Source of the DNA: a virus
IMG/VR virus record: IMGVR_UViG_3300042549_009011
Location: 32,001-96,000 of that record
Reading direction: 5' to 3' (one strand)
Length of the DNA: 64,000 bases
Shown piece by piece: positions 10,023-21,800 of this stretch. The position numbers and the translations under genes are program-made. Each line of letters opens with the position of its first letter. Within the stretch, counting starts at the first letter, position 1. The notes under the pieces are model-generated. The model did not search any database and was not told where the DNA came from. It saw only the letters and a program-made list of their open reading frames with translations.

Positions 10023-10638
10023 TTTCTTAAAAGCATCTCAGTTAAAAGTCACATTAAATAAAAAACAATTTCAAAAAGAAGTTTTTGTTGGTGGCGCAAG
10101 CGTTATTACCAGCAAGCTTAGACCAATAATTCAAGAAAGAATTAACGAAGCTCAAAAAGAAATGGTTGAAGAGTTTGAGACTCACCCAGTATCTGTTGAG
10201 ATTTCAGGAGGCAACAACTCAAGCAATACAAGCGGTCTTTTAGGTGGTTATGGAAATCTCTTTTCTTTTATTGGTTTTGAAGACGGACAAACTCCAATTT
10301 CAGAGCTTTCAAATATATTGAAAAAAAATATACCTTTCAAAATAAGAAGAGTAAATGCAAATGGTGGTTATTCAGTGCTTGTTCAAGCCCCTTCAAAAAA
10401 AGAATTAGAAAGCATAGCCCAAGTTTCTTGGATGGGGGGTAGAAGTTGGTTAGATGGAATTGAAAGAAGTATAGCTGGTTTAAACAGATATTTATATGAT
10501 CCACAATATTCTTTAAAGAATTCCAGATCTGGAACTGGTTCTCAGACACAAAACGACATTAGAAGTGTAAGACAAGTAAGAAGCCCATATCTTTCTAAAA
10601 TACTTTCTAATTTTAAAAATAGACTCAATAGACTTTGA
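10012..10638 (+). CDS. Putative neck / tail completion protein
   Basis: Basic protein with C-terminal PYLSKIL motif; canonical position between stopper and tail terminator. Confidence 0.4.
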   Translation: MKTNFLKASQLKVTLNKKQFQKEVFVGGASVITSKLRPIIQERINEAQKEMVEEFETHPVSVEISGGNNSSNTSGLLGGYGNLFSFIGFEDGQTPISELSNILKKNIPFKIRRVNANGGYSVLVQAPSKKELESIAQVSWMGGRSWLDGIERSIAGLNRYLYDPQYSLKNSRSGTGSQTQNDIRSVRQVRSPYLSKILSNFKNRLNRL

Positions 10639-11483
10639 AAGCGCAATTTGATCAACAATTAATATCTAGTTTCTACCTTTGGTTTGAAAATCAACTATTG
10701 GCTGATTCTGTTCTTGCTTATCAGACTGGCGTGGCAAACAGCTACCAATATATTGATGCATTTGACGTTCCAGATAACTTTGTGGCATATCAGGGCAAAT
10801 ACAGGCAATTAGTGGCAGACTACGATGTTTCTGTACCTAATTCTGGATTCTTTATAAACAACACATTTATTTCTGGTGGGCAGTCTGGCTTTTATACCGA
10901 TTACAATAATGGAAGAATTATTCTTCCTGCTGCATCTGGACAAAGCTTAAATATTACTTCTACTTCTACAGTAAAAGAAATCAATACTTATTTATCTAAT
11001 GATAGTCCAGAACAAATTCTTATTGAAAGCGATTTCATGGTTAATGGAGAGACTATTCCAAATTTATATAGCCAAAAGAAAAAACTTGATGAAAATATTT
11101 ATATGTTGCCAGCTTGTTTTGTTTTTCCTATAGAATCAGAAAATAAAGAGTTTTCCTTTGGTGGAGAAGAAGAAACTAAAAGTAGAATTAGGGTAATGGT
11201 TTTGGCAGAAGATAATTATACCTTAGATGGAATACTTTCAGTATTTAGAGACTCAGCTAGAAAATGCATTCCAATTATTGATTATGAAGATTTTCCTTAT
11301 GGAGCTTTCTTTTCGATTAAATCATTTCCTTATAGATATTCTCAACTTTCTCAAACATCAATAAAAAAATCTTTTATTGAAAAAACTATGGCTTCTAGAA
11401 TTGCTGCTGGTATACCAGATACTAAAACATTTAGGATTGGATTTTTAGATTTTGATATATCAACTTATCGTTTCCCAAGATAG
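10635..11483 (+). CDS. Putative tail terminator
   Basis: Directly upstream of the tail tube gene; LPACFV motif; Ser/Thr-Gly-rich N-terminal half. Confidence 0.45.
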   Translation: MKAQFDQQLISSFYLWFENQLLADSVLAYQTGVANSYQYIDAFDVPDNFVAYQGKYRQLVADYDVSVPNSGFFINNTFISGGQSGFYTDYNNGRIILPAASGQSLNITSTSTVKEINTYLSNDSPEQILIESDFMVNGETIPNLYSQKKKLDENIYMLPACFVFPIESENKEFSFGGEEETKSRIRVMVLAEDNYTLDGILSVFRDSARKCIPIIDYEDFPYGAFFSIKSFPYRYSQLSQTSIKKSFIEKTMASRIAAGIPDTKTFRIGFLDFDISTYRFPR

Positions 11484-11490
11484 AACGCTT

Positions 11491-11496
11491 GTGTAA
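11491..11496 (+). promoter_or_regulatory. GTGTAA putative late promoter (tail tube)
   Basis: Intergenic, 20 nt before ATG 11517. Confidence 0.65.
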
Positions 11497-11516
11497 TTAA
11501 AAAAAACTAAAAAAAT

Positions 11517-12716
11517 ATGGCTCGCACACGAATTATTTCCCAAAGTAAAGCTCTTTTTGTATCTCCAACAGGGCTTCTTGCAACAAATTATGGCTATGCA
11601 TCTAATACTGGTGCTTTAGCTCCTCAACAACTTCATAGAATTGATACATTTTCATTTGATGTTGACTTGGCTGGAGGAAGACAAGATATCCGTGAATTCG
11701 GTCAGCTTGCTCGTATCGGAACAATTAGAGTTGGAGAAATTACTCCAACTATTTCGTTAGGTTATTATCTTGGTGATGGAGCAAACGAACACAACCTTGG
11801 ATTCAATATTGCAGGTATCAACGGTGCTGGTACAGTTTCGCAATTAATCTCTGGTATTCTTACCCAAGACCCAATTAAAAAAGAAAAAAACTTGTACCTT
11901 TTAACAACTCAAGAAGGAACAGATGCTTTCGCTGCATCTTCTTATACTCCTGCTGCTCGTTCTGGACATGATGTTATTGGATTTGGTAACGCTACTCTTT
12001 CTAATTATTCTTTGAGCCTCGCTGTTGGAGAAATCCCACGTGTGGATGTAGAACTTGAGTGCGGTAATATTCGTTTCTACACTGGAACAAGTTCTGGTAA
12101 TTCTTGTGTAAATCCTGCTCTTATTAGAGAAACTGCTGCTCAACTTGATACTGGTAGATTTGTTATCACTGGCGCAAATACTGGTTTAACTTCAATTGAC
12201 GTTCTACGTCCATCAGACGTAACCGTTTCATTTACCAATAATGCTGCTGGTATCGGCGGTGTTGCTCTTAGCGGTGTCCAAATTCAAAGCGCAACTATTG
12301 AAGTTCCACTTAGTCGTGAAACTCTTGAAAAACTTGGAAGTGAGCTTCCTTATTCAAAACCTCTTGAGTTCCCAATCAATGTTACTTGCAGTATTAATGG
12401 TCTTATCACAGACTTCACAGAAGGTGCGCTTCAAACAATCCTTACTGGATGTGCTGGAGAGTCTAACAATGACATCACGATTAGTGTTGCAAACCGTTGC
12501 GACAGTAGCGATGAAGTTATTCGCTATGTATTCAAGAATGCAGTTCTTGATAGCCAAAACTTCTCTATCGGTCTTGATGACAATGAAACAGTTGATTTGA
12601 CATTCTCTGCTCAAATCGCAGGAGCTACTACCACAAATGCGGGTGTATTCCTTAGCGGTTCCTTCGATGGAGTTGGAATTACTGGAAGAGATAACGAATA
12701 TCCTCGTTTCTTCTAA
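11517..12716 (+). CDS. Major tail tube protein
   Basis: High-expression codon bias, own terminator, beta-rich sequence with tube-like motifs (FSFDVD...REFGQL; SATIEVPLSRETLEKLG). Confidence 0.75.
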   Translation: MARTRIISQSKALFVSPTGLLATNYGYASNTGALAPQQLHRIDTFSFDVDLAGGRQDIREFGQLARIGTIRVGEITPTISLGYYLGDGANEHNLGFNIAGINGAGTVSQLISGILTQDPIKKEKNLYLLTTQEGTDAFAASSYTPAARSGHDVIGFGNATLSNYSLSLAVGEIPRVDVELECGNIRFYTGTSSGNSCVNPALIRETAAQLDTGRFVITGANTGLTSIDVLRPSDVTVSFTNNAAGIGGVALSGVQIQSATIEVPLSRETLEKLGSELPYSKPLEFPINVTCSINGLITDFTEGALQTILTGCAGESNNDITISVANRCDSSDEVIRYVFKNAVLDSQNFSIGLDDNETVDLTFSAQIAGATTTNAGVFLSGSFDGVGITGRDNEYPRFF

Positions 12717-12731
12717 TTAGCTTAAAAGTTC

Positions 12732-12764
12732 AAGGGTGGCTGGGAAACCAGTCACCCTTTTTTT
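12732..12764 (+). terminator. Rho-independent terminator after the tail tube gene
   Basis: AAGGGTGGCTGG-GAAA-CCAGTCACCCTT followed by a T run. Confidence 0.9.
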
Positions 12765-12770
12765 GTGTAA
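12765..12770 (+). promoter_or_regulatory. GTGTAA putative late promoter
   Basis: Directly after a terminator, 8 nt before ATG 12779. Confidence 0.7.
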
Positions 12771-12778
12771 GATATTGC

Positions 12779-13624
12779 ATGAGCGTTGAAAGAGTAACTT
12801 ATGCAGATTCAAGAGTCTACGTAAATAATATTTTGCTTACTGGCATATCTAGTTGCGAGATTAACGCAACTAGAGAATTCGAATCTTTAAGTTCTCTACT
12901 TTCTTTAAATACAGTAGATAAAATATTAAAATCAGATCAAAAACCACAAGTAACTCTTTCTTGGATTGTTGGAGAAGAATCAAGCGATCCATTCTTTGAT
13001 TTTGAAACTAATGGAATTTTATCTGTTGACAGCTTCACTATTAAAAAAAGAGATATTTTAGGCACTTTAGAAGCAACGGGATGTTTTCTCACTTCTTATT
13101 CTGTAGATGCCTCTGTTGGTTCTTTAATTACTGCAAATGCATCATACGAAGCACTTGGTTACGAATTCACCGATGATGGGAAATTAAATATAGCCGACCA
13201 AACATCAGATTATTATAGAGCTTTTGTGCCTTCTTCAATACAGTTAAGTTCAAACTTTTCAGAAGGAGATATATTCTCATTCCCTATACAAAGTTTTCAA
13301 ATATCAGTTCCGATACAAAGAAAAACAATTAAAAAAGTTGGCGATTTAAATGCTCAGTATAGATATCCAGTATTCCCAGCAGAAGCATCCATATCTTTTT
13401 CTGCAATCAAAAATGAAATTACTGGATTGGATTTCTCTAAAATAGTTTTAGAAAAAGGAAATTTTCAAATAGAAATGTTGGGTTGTGACAATCCATCAAA
13501 AACTTACGTATTAGATAATTGTTCTTTAAATAGTGTTTCTGAATCCATAAGCACTGACGAAAAGGCATTAATTAATTTTGAGTATTCTTCGACTATAATT
13601 GGCAATTCTTTTTTATATTATTAA
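12779..13624 (+). CDS. Minor tail tube-like paralog
   Basis: IQSFQISVPIQRKTIKKVG...PVFPAEASISF aligns with IQSATIEVPLSRETLEKLG...PLEFPINVTCSI in 11517..12716. Confidence 0.6.
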   Translation: MSVERVTYADSRVYVNNILLTGISSCEINATREFESLSSLLSLNTVDKILKSDQKPQVTLSWIVGEESSDPFFDFETNGILSVDSFTIKKRDILGTLEATGCFLTSYSVDASVGSLITANASYEALGYEFTDDGKLNIADQTSDYYRAFVPSSIQLSSNFSEGDIFSFPIQSFQISVPIQRKTIKKVGDLNAQYRYPVFPAEASISFSAIKNEITGLDFSKIVLEKGNFQIEMLGCDNPSKTYVLDNCSLNSVSESISTDEKALINFEYSSTIIGNSFLYY

Positions 13625-13627
13625 TAC

Positions 13628-14092
13628 ATGAAAATCATTTCTCCAATAGAAGAATATTATAGCCTAAAGTTCAATGCGAATATTTTAGTTGATGTTCCAG
13701 ATTCTGGTTTTTCTTTTTATTTTGGCAAAACTGGAGTTTCTGGTTCTTTTTCTACTGGTTTTGGTTTTTATGGTAGTGGGGGAATGATTTTCGATAATTC
13801 TGGAAATTTCTTTGGCGGTTATCATAGCGGTAGGCAAAATCAGATAGAGGGAAATTTATTTGGAAGAAGACTATCTTATTTTTACAATGGATCTTTAATT
13901 AATAACAATTTACCTTCTCAAAAATTTTTCAATGCAGTAGAGTTTGATAAACACAGAAATAGTCAACTAATCTTAGATATTAATTACTTCCAAAAAGAAG
14001 ATACTTATATAAACGTTTATGCAAGTGGGCAAATGGTTCTTTTAGAAAACAATATTCCGATACAAATTCCAGAACAATACGCAAACGATTAA
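13628..14092 (+). CDS. Small Ser/Thr-Gly-rich putative virion protein
   Basis: In tail module; aromatic- and Gly-rich; 8 [ST]G dipeptides in 154 aa. Confidence 0.45.
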   Translation: MKIISPIEEYYSLKFNANILVDVPDSGFSFYFGKTGVSGSFSTGFGFYGSGGMIFDNSGNFFGGYHSGRQNQIEGNLFGRRLSYFYNGSLINNNLPSQKFFNAVEFDKHRNSQLILDINYFQKEDTYINVYASGQMVLLENNIPIQIPEQYAND

Positions 14093-14120
14093 TTGAATTT
14101 TTTAAAAAATTATTTATAAT
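14093..14120 (+). promoter_or_regulatory. Sigma70-type promoter candidate
   Basis: TTGAAT-N16-TATAAT upstream of 14139. Confidence 0.5.
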
Positions 14121-14138
14121 CTACATATAATATAAAGT

Positions 14139-15008
14139 ATGAAAGAAATCTATAGTTTTAATGTCGAAAGAGAAATAGAGTCCTCAAAGCCAGTCATCAA
14201 AAAAACAAAAAATGGCACAATTGAGTCTTTTGAAAAAACAATCAAAAAAGTTAATCATAGAGTGGTATTTTTGAAGCCATCAATGTCTAAAATTGAAGAG
14301 GCAGAATTCTTTTATGGTCAAAAGTTTAACGAGTATATCAATTCTGGCTTTCTTACAAAAGCGATGCTTAACAAGAAGATGGGCGATATTGGAGGTCTTT
14401 CTTCTAAAGTTACGGTAGAGTCTTTACAAAAAGCAATCGTAGACAACATTGAAGCCTCAAGAGTAATTGAATTTTATGGTTCTTCTAAAGATTTAACAGA
14501 AGAACAGCAGAATAAATTAGATGAAGCAAAATTAACTTTTTCCTCAACAAAGAGCCAAGTTACAGATTACGAGCAAGCAATTCGTTCTCAATTTTCACAA
14601 ACAGCAGATGTTAAGTCTGAACAAAAACTTATTGAGTGGCTTATCTTCCACCTTGCTTTTTACGAGGAAGATGTTGATGGCAAAAAAGAATTATTTCCAA
14701 TTTTCGAAGGAGACTCCTTTGAGGATAAAAGATATATGTATTTGGAACTTTGCGAAAAAATTGAGGATATAGAAAATCATAACTTATATAAAGTAAAAGC
14801 TATTTTCGATAAGTCTTTTGAAACTCTTGCTCGCGTTGCCAGTATTTGGTATAATAAAATTGCAGAAAATCAAGAAGATATTGACAAGGCTCTTAAAGAA
14901 ATGTTCTCAAACCAAAGTTCAGATGTTGAAAAACAAAACGAAGATTTAAGTTCTGATAAAGAAGAATCCGTAACAGATGGACAAGAAGGAACAGATAAAG
15001 AAGGCTGA
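14139..15008 (+). CDS. Putative tail assembly chaperone
   Basis: Helical, acidic protein between tail tube and tape measure genes. Confidence 0.45.
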   Translation: MKEIYSFNVEREIESSKPVIKKTKNGTIESFEKTIKKVNHRVVFLKPSMSKIEEAEFFYGQKFNEYINSGFLTKAMLNKKMGDIGGLSSKVTVESLQKAIVDNIEASRVIEFYGSSKDLTEEQQNKLDEAKLTFSSTKSQVTDYEQAIRSQFSQTADVKSEQKLIEWLIFHLAFYEEDVDGKKELFPIFEGDSFEDKRYMYLELCEKIEDIENHNLYKVKAIFDKSFETLARVASIWYNKIAENQEDIDKALKEMFSNQSSDVEKQNEDLSSDKEESVTDGQEGTDKEG

Positions 15009-15858
15009 AATAGTTCTTCTTGATATTCTTCGTGGTTACAGCATACTGCAAGCTGAAGAAAAGTGTTTATATTTTAAACACTTTTCTTTGTTGGACTCTT
15101 TAGTATTTGAAGAGGAGTATCACTTATCTTTGGCTTCAGCCAAAAAGTCTGGAATTAAAGATGAGAAGCAAATTATTGATGATGCTGTAAAAAGCAAAAA
15201 ATGGTCTATTCAAAAAGAAGAGCAAATCAAATCTTTAATTTGGACTATAAATAAATTATCCGCTGCTACAAAAAAAATCTCTGATCCTTACCAAAAAAGA
15301 AGTGCCGAAAATAGCGTTAAAGAAAGACAAGAAGAATTACATAAGCTAGAAAAAAATAGATCAGAAATATGCTCTTTTAGTGCAGAATCTTTTGCTCAAA
15401 ATAAGAAGATCAAAAAGATAATAAGCTCTTGTTTATATGAAGATTTAGAGTTTAAAGACAAGATAGATTCAGACTCGATAACATATTATTATAATTCTAT
15501 TTTCTTTGATAAAATATCAGAATTAAATAATCAAAATATTATTTTAACCGCAGCATATAATACTTCTTTTTTTGAAGTATTTTGTTTGAATTATAGAACT
15601 CCACATATTATTTTAAAGAACTCTGGTATGGATATGACTGTCTTTCAGAAAAATTTATTAGTTTATGCAAATGCCTTATTAAATAAGCTAAAAAATACAA
15701 ATATTCCAGAAGCAATAATAGAAGATCCTATCAAAGTTCTTAATTATAAAGAGCAAGAAAACGATAATGGTAAAAAGACAAGCATAGGAACAGAAGACTT
15801 AAAAGAAAAAATGGCTAAAAATGGCGGCAAATTAAATCCAGAAGATTTAATTACTTAG
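14977..15858 (+). CDS. Putative tail assembly chaperone 2
   Basis: Directly upstream of the tape measure gene; helical. Confidence 0.45.
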   Translation: MDKKEQIKKAEIVLLDILRGYSILQAEEKCLYFKHFSLLDSLVFEEEYHLSLASAKKSGIKDEKQIIDDAVKSKKWSIQKEEQIKSLIWTINKLSAATKKISDPYQKRSAENSVKERQEELHKLEKNRSEICSFSAESFAQNKKIKKIISSCLYEDLEFKDKIDSDSITYYYNSIFFDKISELNNQNIILTAAYNTSFFEVFCLNYRTPHIILKNSGMDMTVFQKNLLVYANALLNKLKNTNIPEAIIEDPIKVLNYKEQENDNGKKTSIGTEDLKEKMAKNGGKLNPEDLIT

Positions 15859-15863
15859 TGTAA
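15858..15863 (+). promoter_or_regulatory. GTGTAA putative late promoter (tape measure)
   Basis: 9 nt before ATG 15873. Confidence 0.7.
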
Positions 15864-15872
15864 ATAAAGTAA

Positions 15873-18800
15873 ATGGCTAAAAGCGCAATAGATGTAAGTT
15901 TAAACATGACTCTGAATGCTCAGAGTTTAAACGCTGCTACAAAAGAGGTAAGACAATCTCTTGGTAGAATAACTGGCAATGCATCTGAATTCCAAAAATC
16001 TCTTGATGCTTCTACTGCGCGTGTTTTCGCTTTCGGAGCTTCTACTTTTGTTATTGAAGGAGTAAAACAAGCATTTAGTGCTTTAGTATCAACTACTATT
16101 GAAGTTGAAAAAAGGCTTATTGAAATTAAATCTATTTTTGGTGGAACTGCTAATGAGTTTAATCAATTTAGAGAGTCTATTTTCCAAGTTGCGAAAAATA
16201 CTGGTCAATCTTTTTCTGTTGTAGCTGATGCGGCAGCAGAATTTGCTCGTCAAGGTCTTGATGCGGCAGAGACAGCAAAAAGACTAGAGGCTGCTCTTAT
16301 TTTAACAAGAGTGTCTGGTCTTGATTCAGTTAAGGCTGTTAGCGCTTTAACGGCTGCAATTAACGGATTTAGTTCTGCTGGATTAAGTGCTGCACAGATT
16401 ACGAATAAATTGATTGCAGTTGATACAAAGTTTGCCGTTTCTGCGAAAGACTTGGCAGAAGGATTTAGTCGTGCTGGTTCTACAGCAGAAGATGCTGGCG
16501 TTAGCTTTGACGAGCTTCTAGGCATCATTACAGCGGTTCAGCAAACGACTTCCCGTGGTGGCGCTGTTATTGGTAACGCCTTAAAATCAATTTTCACAAG
16601 ATTAAGCAGAAGCTCTACAATTGAAGACCTTCAAGGTCTTGGTGTTGCTATTGATTCTTCTCAAACTGGTATCCAAAAACTACAAGCACTTTCTAATGCT
16701 TTGGATCAAATTAGCGATCCATCAAAAGCTTCTCAAATCAAAGAGCTTGCTGGTGGTGTTTATCAAATCAACATTGTTAGTGCGGCTCTTAAAGATTTAT
16801 CAAAAGAAACCTCTATCTTCTCACGTGCTACCGCTATTTCTGCTGGAGCGACAAATGAGGCTTTGCAAAAAAATAATGATTTAAATAAATCGTTAGCTGC
16901 TCAATTAAATTCTTTAGTTATAGGTTTTACTAATTTAGCAGAAAAAATTGGACAAATTACATTTGCACCATTGCTTGGTACTCTTGCTGGATTAGCAACT
17001 AAAGTATCAGATTTCTTTAACGAAGCTTTAGACCCAGAAAAAGGAAATGCATTTGTTCAAGGTTTATTAAAAAGTATTGGATCATTTTTAAGTGGCCCTG
17101 GGCTTGTCCTTATTACTACAGCTTTTTTAAAGATTATAACTCTTGTAGCTAGATATGCAAAAGAAGGATTTGCTTCTATTTTATCTATTGGCACACAAAC
17201 AGAAAAATTAAAAAGCATTCAAGAAGGTCTTGTTAATAGTTTAATTAATGATAAGAAATTTAGAGAAGACATTCTAAGCTCCACTTTAACTTTAGAGCAA
17301 AAACAAAAAGCAGTTGGAGATGCTATTGCTAGAGAAAATGCTTTGTTAAGAGAACAACAAGCAATTCTAACTACTTTATCTAAACAAGCGTTAAATCTTG
17401 GAGTATCTGGATTTAGTAAGGAAAAAGGATTTACAGGAAAATCTGGTAAGCCTATTGCAGCAAGAGGTTATATTCCAAATTACGCGGCTTCCGCTCAAGA
17501 GACAATGATGGAAACATCTGCGGCTAGAGAGCATGGATATAAAGCAGGAAAGGTTTATAATACAAGATTATATGATGGAACTGGAGGTTCTTTTAAATCT
17601 ACCGTAAATAGCGCGGAGACAATCAAAACAGTAAGAGGTCCAAATGGTAAATTAGGCACTTATGTTATTCCTCCTAATGGTTTTGCTGGTAAAGGATTTG
17701 TTCCTAATTATGTAGGACCAGCAGCCGCGATTAGAGCGGCTGGTATTAAATCGCTTAATGATTTAGAAAAATATAGGGTAGCTGGAAAGAACTCGTTTCA
17801 GATAGGTGGAACAATAATTCCTCTTTCTCAAGCTAAAAATGTTTTAGGTAGAACTTCAACTCAAGAAACAAACGCAAGAGGTCAAGAAAGACTTATTATG
17901 GATGGCGGTCAATTTGGCATGCTTATACCAAACATTAAAGCTCTAGGATCTGTCAATCAGTTTCTAGGAACATTAGACACTTCAAAAGGAAAAGTCCCAT
18001 ATAATTTAAGTAACTTAGCTATTAGAGGTCCACAAGTACCCAATGCAGTTGATCAAGCGGCAAATCCAGATGATGAAAAATTAAAAGAGAGTATTTATAA
18101 AACTGTTTCTAATAAAGCTGCTAGTTTCGCTAATCTTTTAAGAGGTCAAAAAGTTTCTTCTTCTGATATAAGATCTTCTTTAGAGCAAAATAGTGGAGCT
18201 ATTGGAGCTTTAAATTCAGCAGTAGGAGCAGCTTTTGAATCTGCCGTTTTATCTGCATATCCATCTCAATTTTTTGATAAACAGGCAAATAAAATTGGTG
18301 GAGACTTTGATTTAAGAAATCCATCAGAAGACGTAAGAACTTTATTTGCTTTAGACGCAGCAAGAACAAAGTTAGATTTCAAAGCATCTGATTCAAAGTT
18401 CTCTAAAGATAGTATGGCTAAAAAGATTTATAATGAAAATTATAAAAACAAAGTGCCTTCTACTTTAGGAAAAAGAGGTGCTGCTAGTGGTTTTATTCCT
18501 AATTTTGCTGTTGATCTTAACAAGTCTCAAGATTATGTTAAAAATCAAAGAAAGAGAAACTTTAAAGCTTCAACATATAGAAAAGCTACTGGAACAATAG
18601 GTTCTTTGTTTAAATCATTACCAGAGAAATTTTTTGCTGACGGTGTTCTAGGGGATGGAGCGCAGGGACTAGAGACAAATGGTATATTTAATTTAATTAA
18701 ACAAAATGCATTATACGGTGCATCGTTTGCTGGTCCAAAAGCAATAAAATTTGTAACTGAGGCTGAAAAATATGGATTAAAAGTAGAAAAATCTTTAAAA

Positions 18801-21800
18801 GACAAACTCGCAAAATTAGTTGTTAAGGGAGCTTCAAAAATGAAGGGATTTGCTGGAGGCTTCCTCCCCAACTTCGCCAATCCACTACAAGATGCCTTGG
18901 GTCGCGAAATGGCTGCTGGTGTTCCTGCTTCACAAATTTATGTTGATTCTTCTGCAAGACTTCGTAATTCTAACAATCCTATGGGATTGATGGTGGCAAA
19001 CTCTATTGACGAGCCAAAAGGCGGTTATCAAGGAATCAATAGAGCCGTTAAAGAAGGAAAAAATCCTAGAAAATATGGTGCTGCTGGTGGATTTGTTCCA
19101 AATTATGCGAAGGGAGGTTCGGGATTATCTGGTGGTATTGGTAATTTACAGATTGCATTTTTTGCATTATCTACCGTTTCAAATACTCTTTTGGCTTCGA
19201 ATAACGAATTAAATGATACTATACAAAAAGTTATTACAGGACTTTCTACATTACTTATTTTACAATCTTTAGCTTCGCCATTAAAAGGTGTGGTTGGTAC
19301 ATTTACAAAGTTTCCAAAATTATTTTCTTCATTAGGGAAAAATATTTCGAAATTTGGATTACTAAAAGCTCCAATTGCAGCGCTTTCAGCACCGCTATTA
19401 GGTTTGGTAGCAGTCGCAGGTACACTTTTAGCTATTGGAATTACTTTCAAAACTCTTCAAAGTAAAATTAATAAAAGCTTAGAAGAATCTCTAAACATCA
19501 ATAAACGAGTTGCCTCAGAAAGAAAAAAAAGAATATCAGAAGGAGAAATTGCTTTGCGAGGAACTGGTGCATCAGATACATCTGGAATTGTAGAAAGATC
19601 AAATCAAGAAGTAGATAGAGTAAAAAAATTAAATGATTTGCAAGTTGAGCTTGATAAAACTGGAAGCGGTTTTATTGATAGCTTTTTAGAATCAGGCATC
19701 CTTTTTACTGATATTAAATTCGATGCAACCGCTTCTACTCAAGCAAAACGAAAAGAAATTCAAAAGAAAATAGAAGAATTAGAAAAACAAGGAGAAGAAA
19801 CTTGGGGACAATATTCTAATGATATTGATGCAATTAAAAAAGCACAAATAAAATTACAAAAAAATAACGAACAAGTTCAACAAATAGCATTACAGAAAAC
19901 ATCTTCTGGAAGATATGCTTCCAGTATTTTGGGTGTTGCTAGTCAGTTAAAAACAGACAAATCTTCTTTAGAGGCTAAAAGATCTGGCTTGACAGAAGAA
20001 TTACAAACTTCAAAGAAATCTGCTACAAAAGACGAAACTGTTGAAGAGAAAAACAAACGATTAAAAAATGAATCTAGAATAAAAGAAGAAATTTCTTCTT
20101 TAGACAAGGATATTAAAGCTACTTCAAGCGCTTTGGCAGATAGCTTTAATCAATTTAATCAAGTTATAGAATACTCTTCGGAAAATTATGACAAAGCATT
20201 TGAAGATGCTATATCTTCTTTTAAAAAATCTGCTTCTTTGTTATCTTCTACTTTAGAAGAAACTGCAAAATTTCTAATGCAAAGAGGTCAATCTTTAGAT
20301 ATCGCTTCTTCATTAACACCAGCTTCTGGAAAGTCTTCAGAAATTTTAGCCAAACAACTTCAAATAGCTTCTGGAAAAAATCAAGCACAAACATCTAGAA
20401 ATGAATTCAAACAATCTATACTTGATTTTGGAAAAAATTTAAATAATTTAGATGTATTAAAAGTATCAAATGCCCCTCAAGAAGAAAGGGAAAGACAAAT
20501 AGCAGAATTTAAGAGTTTAAACGCAAGAATAAAACCAGATTCAACAGTTGGAGAAGACGGATTGACTGTAAAGCAAAGATCTGAAGTAGAGAGAAGTTTC
20601 GCTAGTAATAAAGCTAGTGCTGAAGGTTTTTCTTTGCTGCAAGGATCAGAGGATATTAAAAAATTAGAAAAAGATTTAACAACTGGAAAATTTGACCAAA
20701 ATATTTTTAATGACTTTTTCTCAGGAGGAGAAAAGGCTTTAAAAGATACTCTACAAAAATCATTTTCTTCTGTAGATTTCGAAAAAGATCAAGGAAAAGA
20801 ATTGTTTAATAAAGCCAAAGAAAGCGCCATCGCTTATAGAGACAACTTAATAAAAGGATATACTGAAGCAAGAAATATACAAACTCAAATTAATAATGAT
20901 ATCAAGGCTAATGGTTTAGAATTAGTTGCGGCACAAAAACAAGCTCTTTCAGAATTGCCTAATGTATTAAAACAAATAAGGGAAGGTGAAAAAGTAGATC
21001 CAACTGCTTTATTCAATAAGTTTCAGGAAGCAGCTAAATTATTAAAAACAGGAGATCCTAAAGATGCTAGAAAAGCTAATGAAATTTTAGCATCAACAAG
21101 TGGAGAATCAGAAAGATTTAAAGCTCTTTTTGGGCAACAAGCTTTAGAGGGAATTCAACAAAGATCTGGATTAACACCAGATATTATATCAAAATCTGTT
21201 AGCACAGCAAGTTTAGATAAAATAGATTATAGCAGTATTGAAGATATTATTAGGACAAAATTTTCAGTTGGATCAGATGAAGCTTTAAGAAGCTTGAATA
21301 AAGTTAAAGTAGATCCAACAAAATTACAAGATTTCCTTAATACTATTAATAGAATTACTTCTGGTGGAAGTGCAAAATTAAAAGAAGCTGGAGCAGATAT
21401 AACTGGAAGTTTAGGGGGACTTTCTAAAGGGAAAATTGGTGCGCCAAGTGTTAGAGAAGTAAATCAATCATTAAGAAGCGAATTATCTTCTGCTTCAAAA
21501 GAACAACTGGTTGGGCTTGATAGCACTTTAAAAGCTTTTGTTAAAGATAGCAGTAATGTAGAAATATTTAAAAAGCTAGAAGAACAACTTAAACAAACAT
21601 TAGGTGCAGAAAAAGGATCTAAATTTGCTTCTGCATACAAAGATGCAACTAAACAAGGAGAATTTACTGGCGAAGATGCAGAAGTCAGCAAATTAACCGA
21701 AAAAAGAAACCAGTTAGCGGTTGAAATAGATGCAGTAAATAAACAAGTCCAAGATTTTAAAACAGCATTCGATAAAACAAAAATCACAGCTTCAATAGAT

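Noticed and set aside
14974-15008. Programmed frameshift between the two putative tail chaperone genes
   Set aside because: The frames differ by +1/-2, an in-frame TAA lies at 14971, no XXXYYYZ slippery site is present in the overlap, and the second gene has its own ATG.
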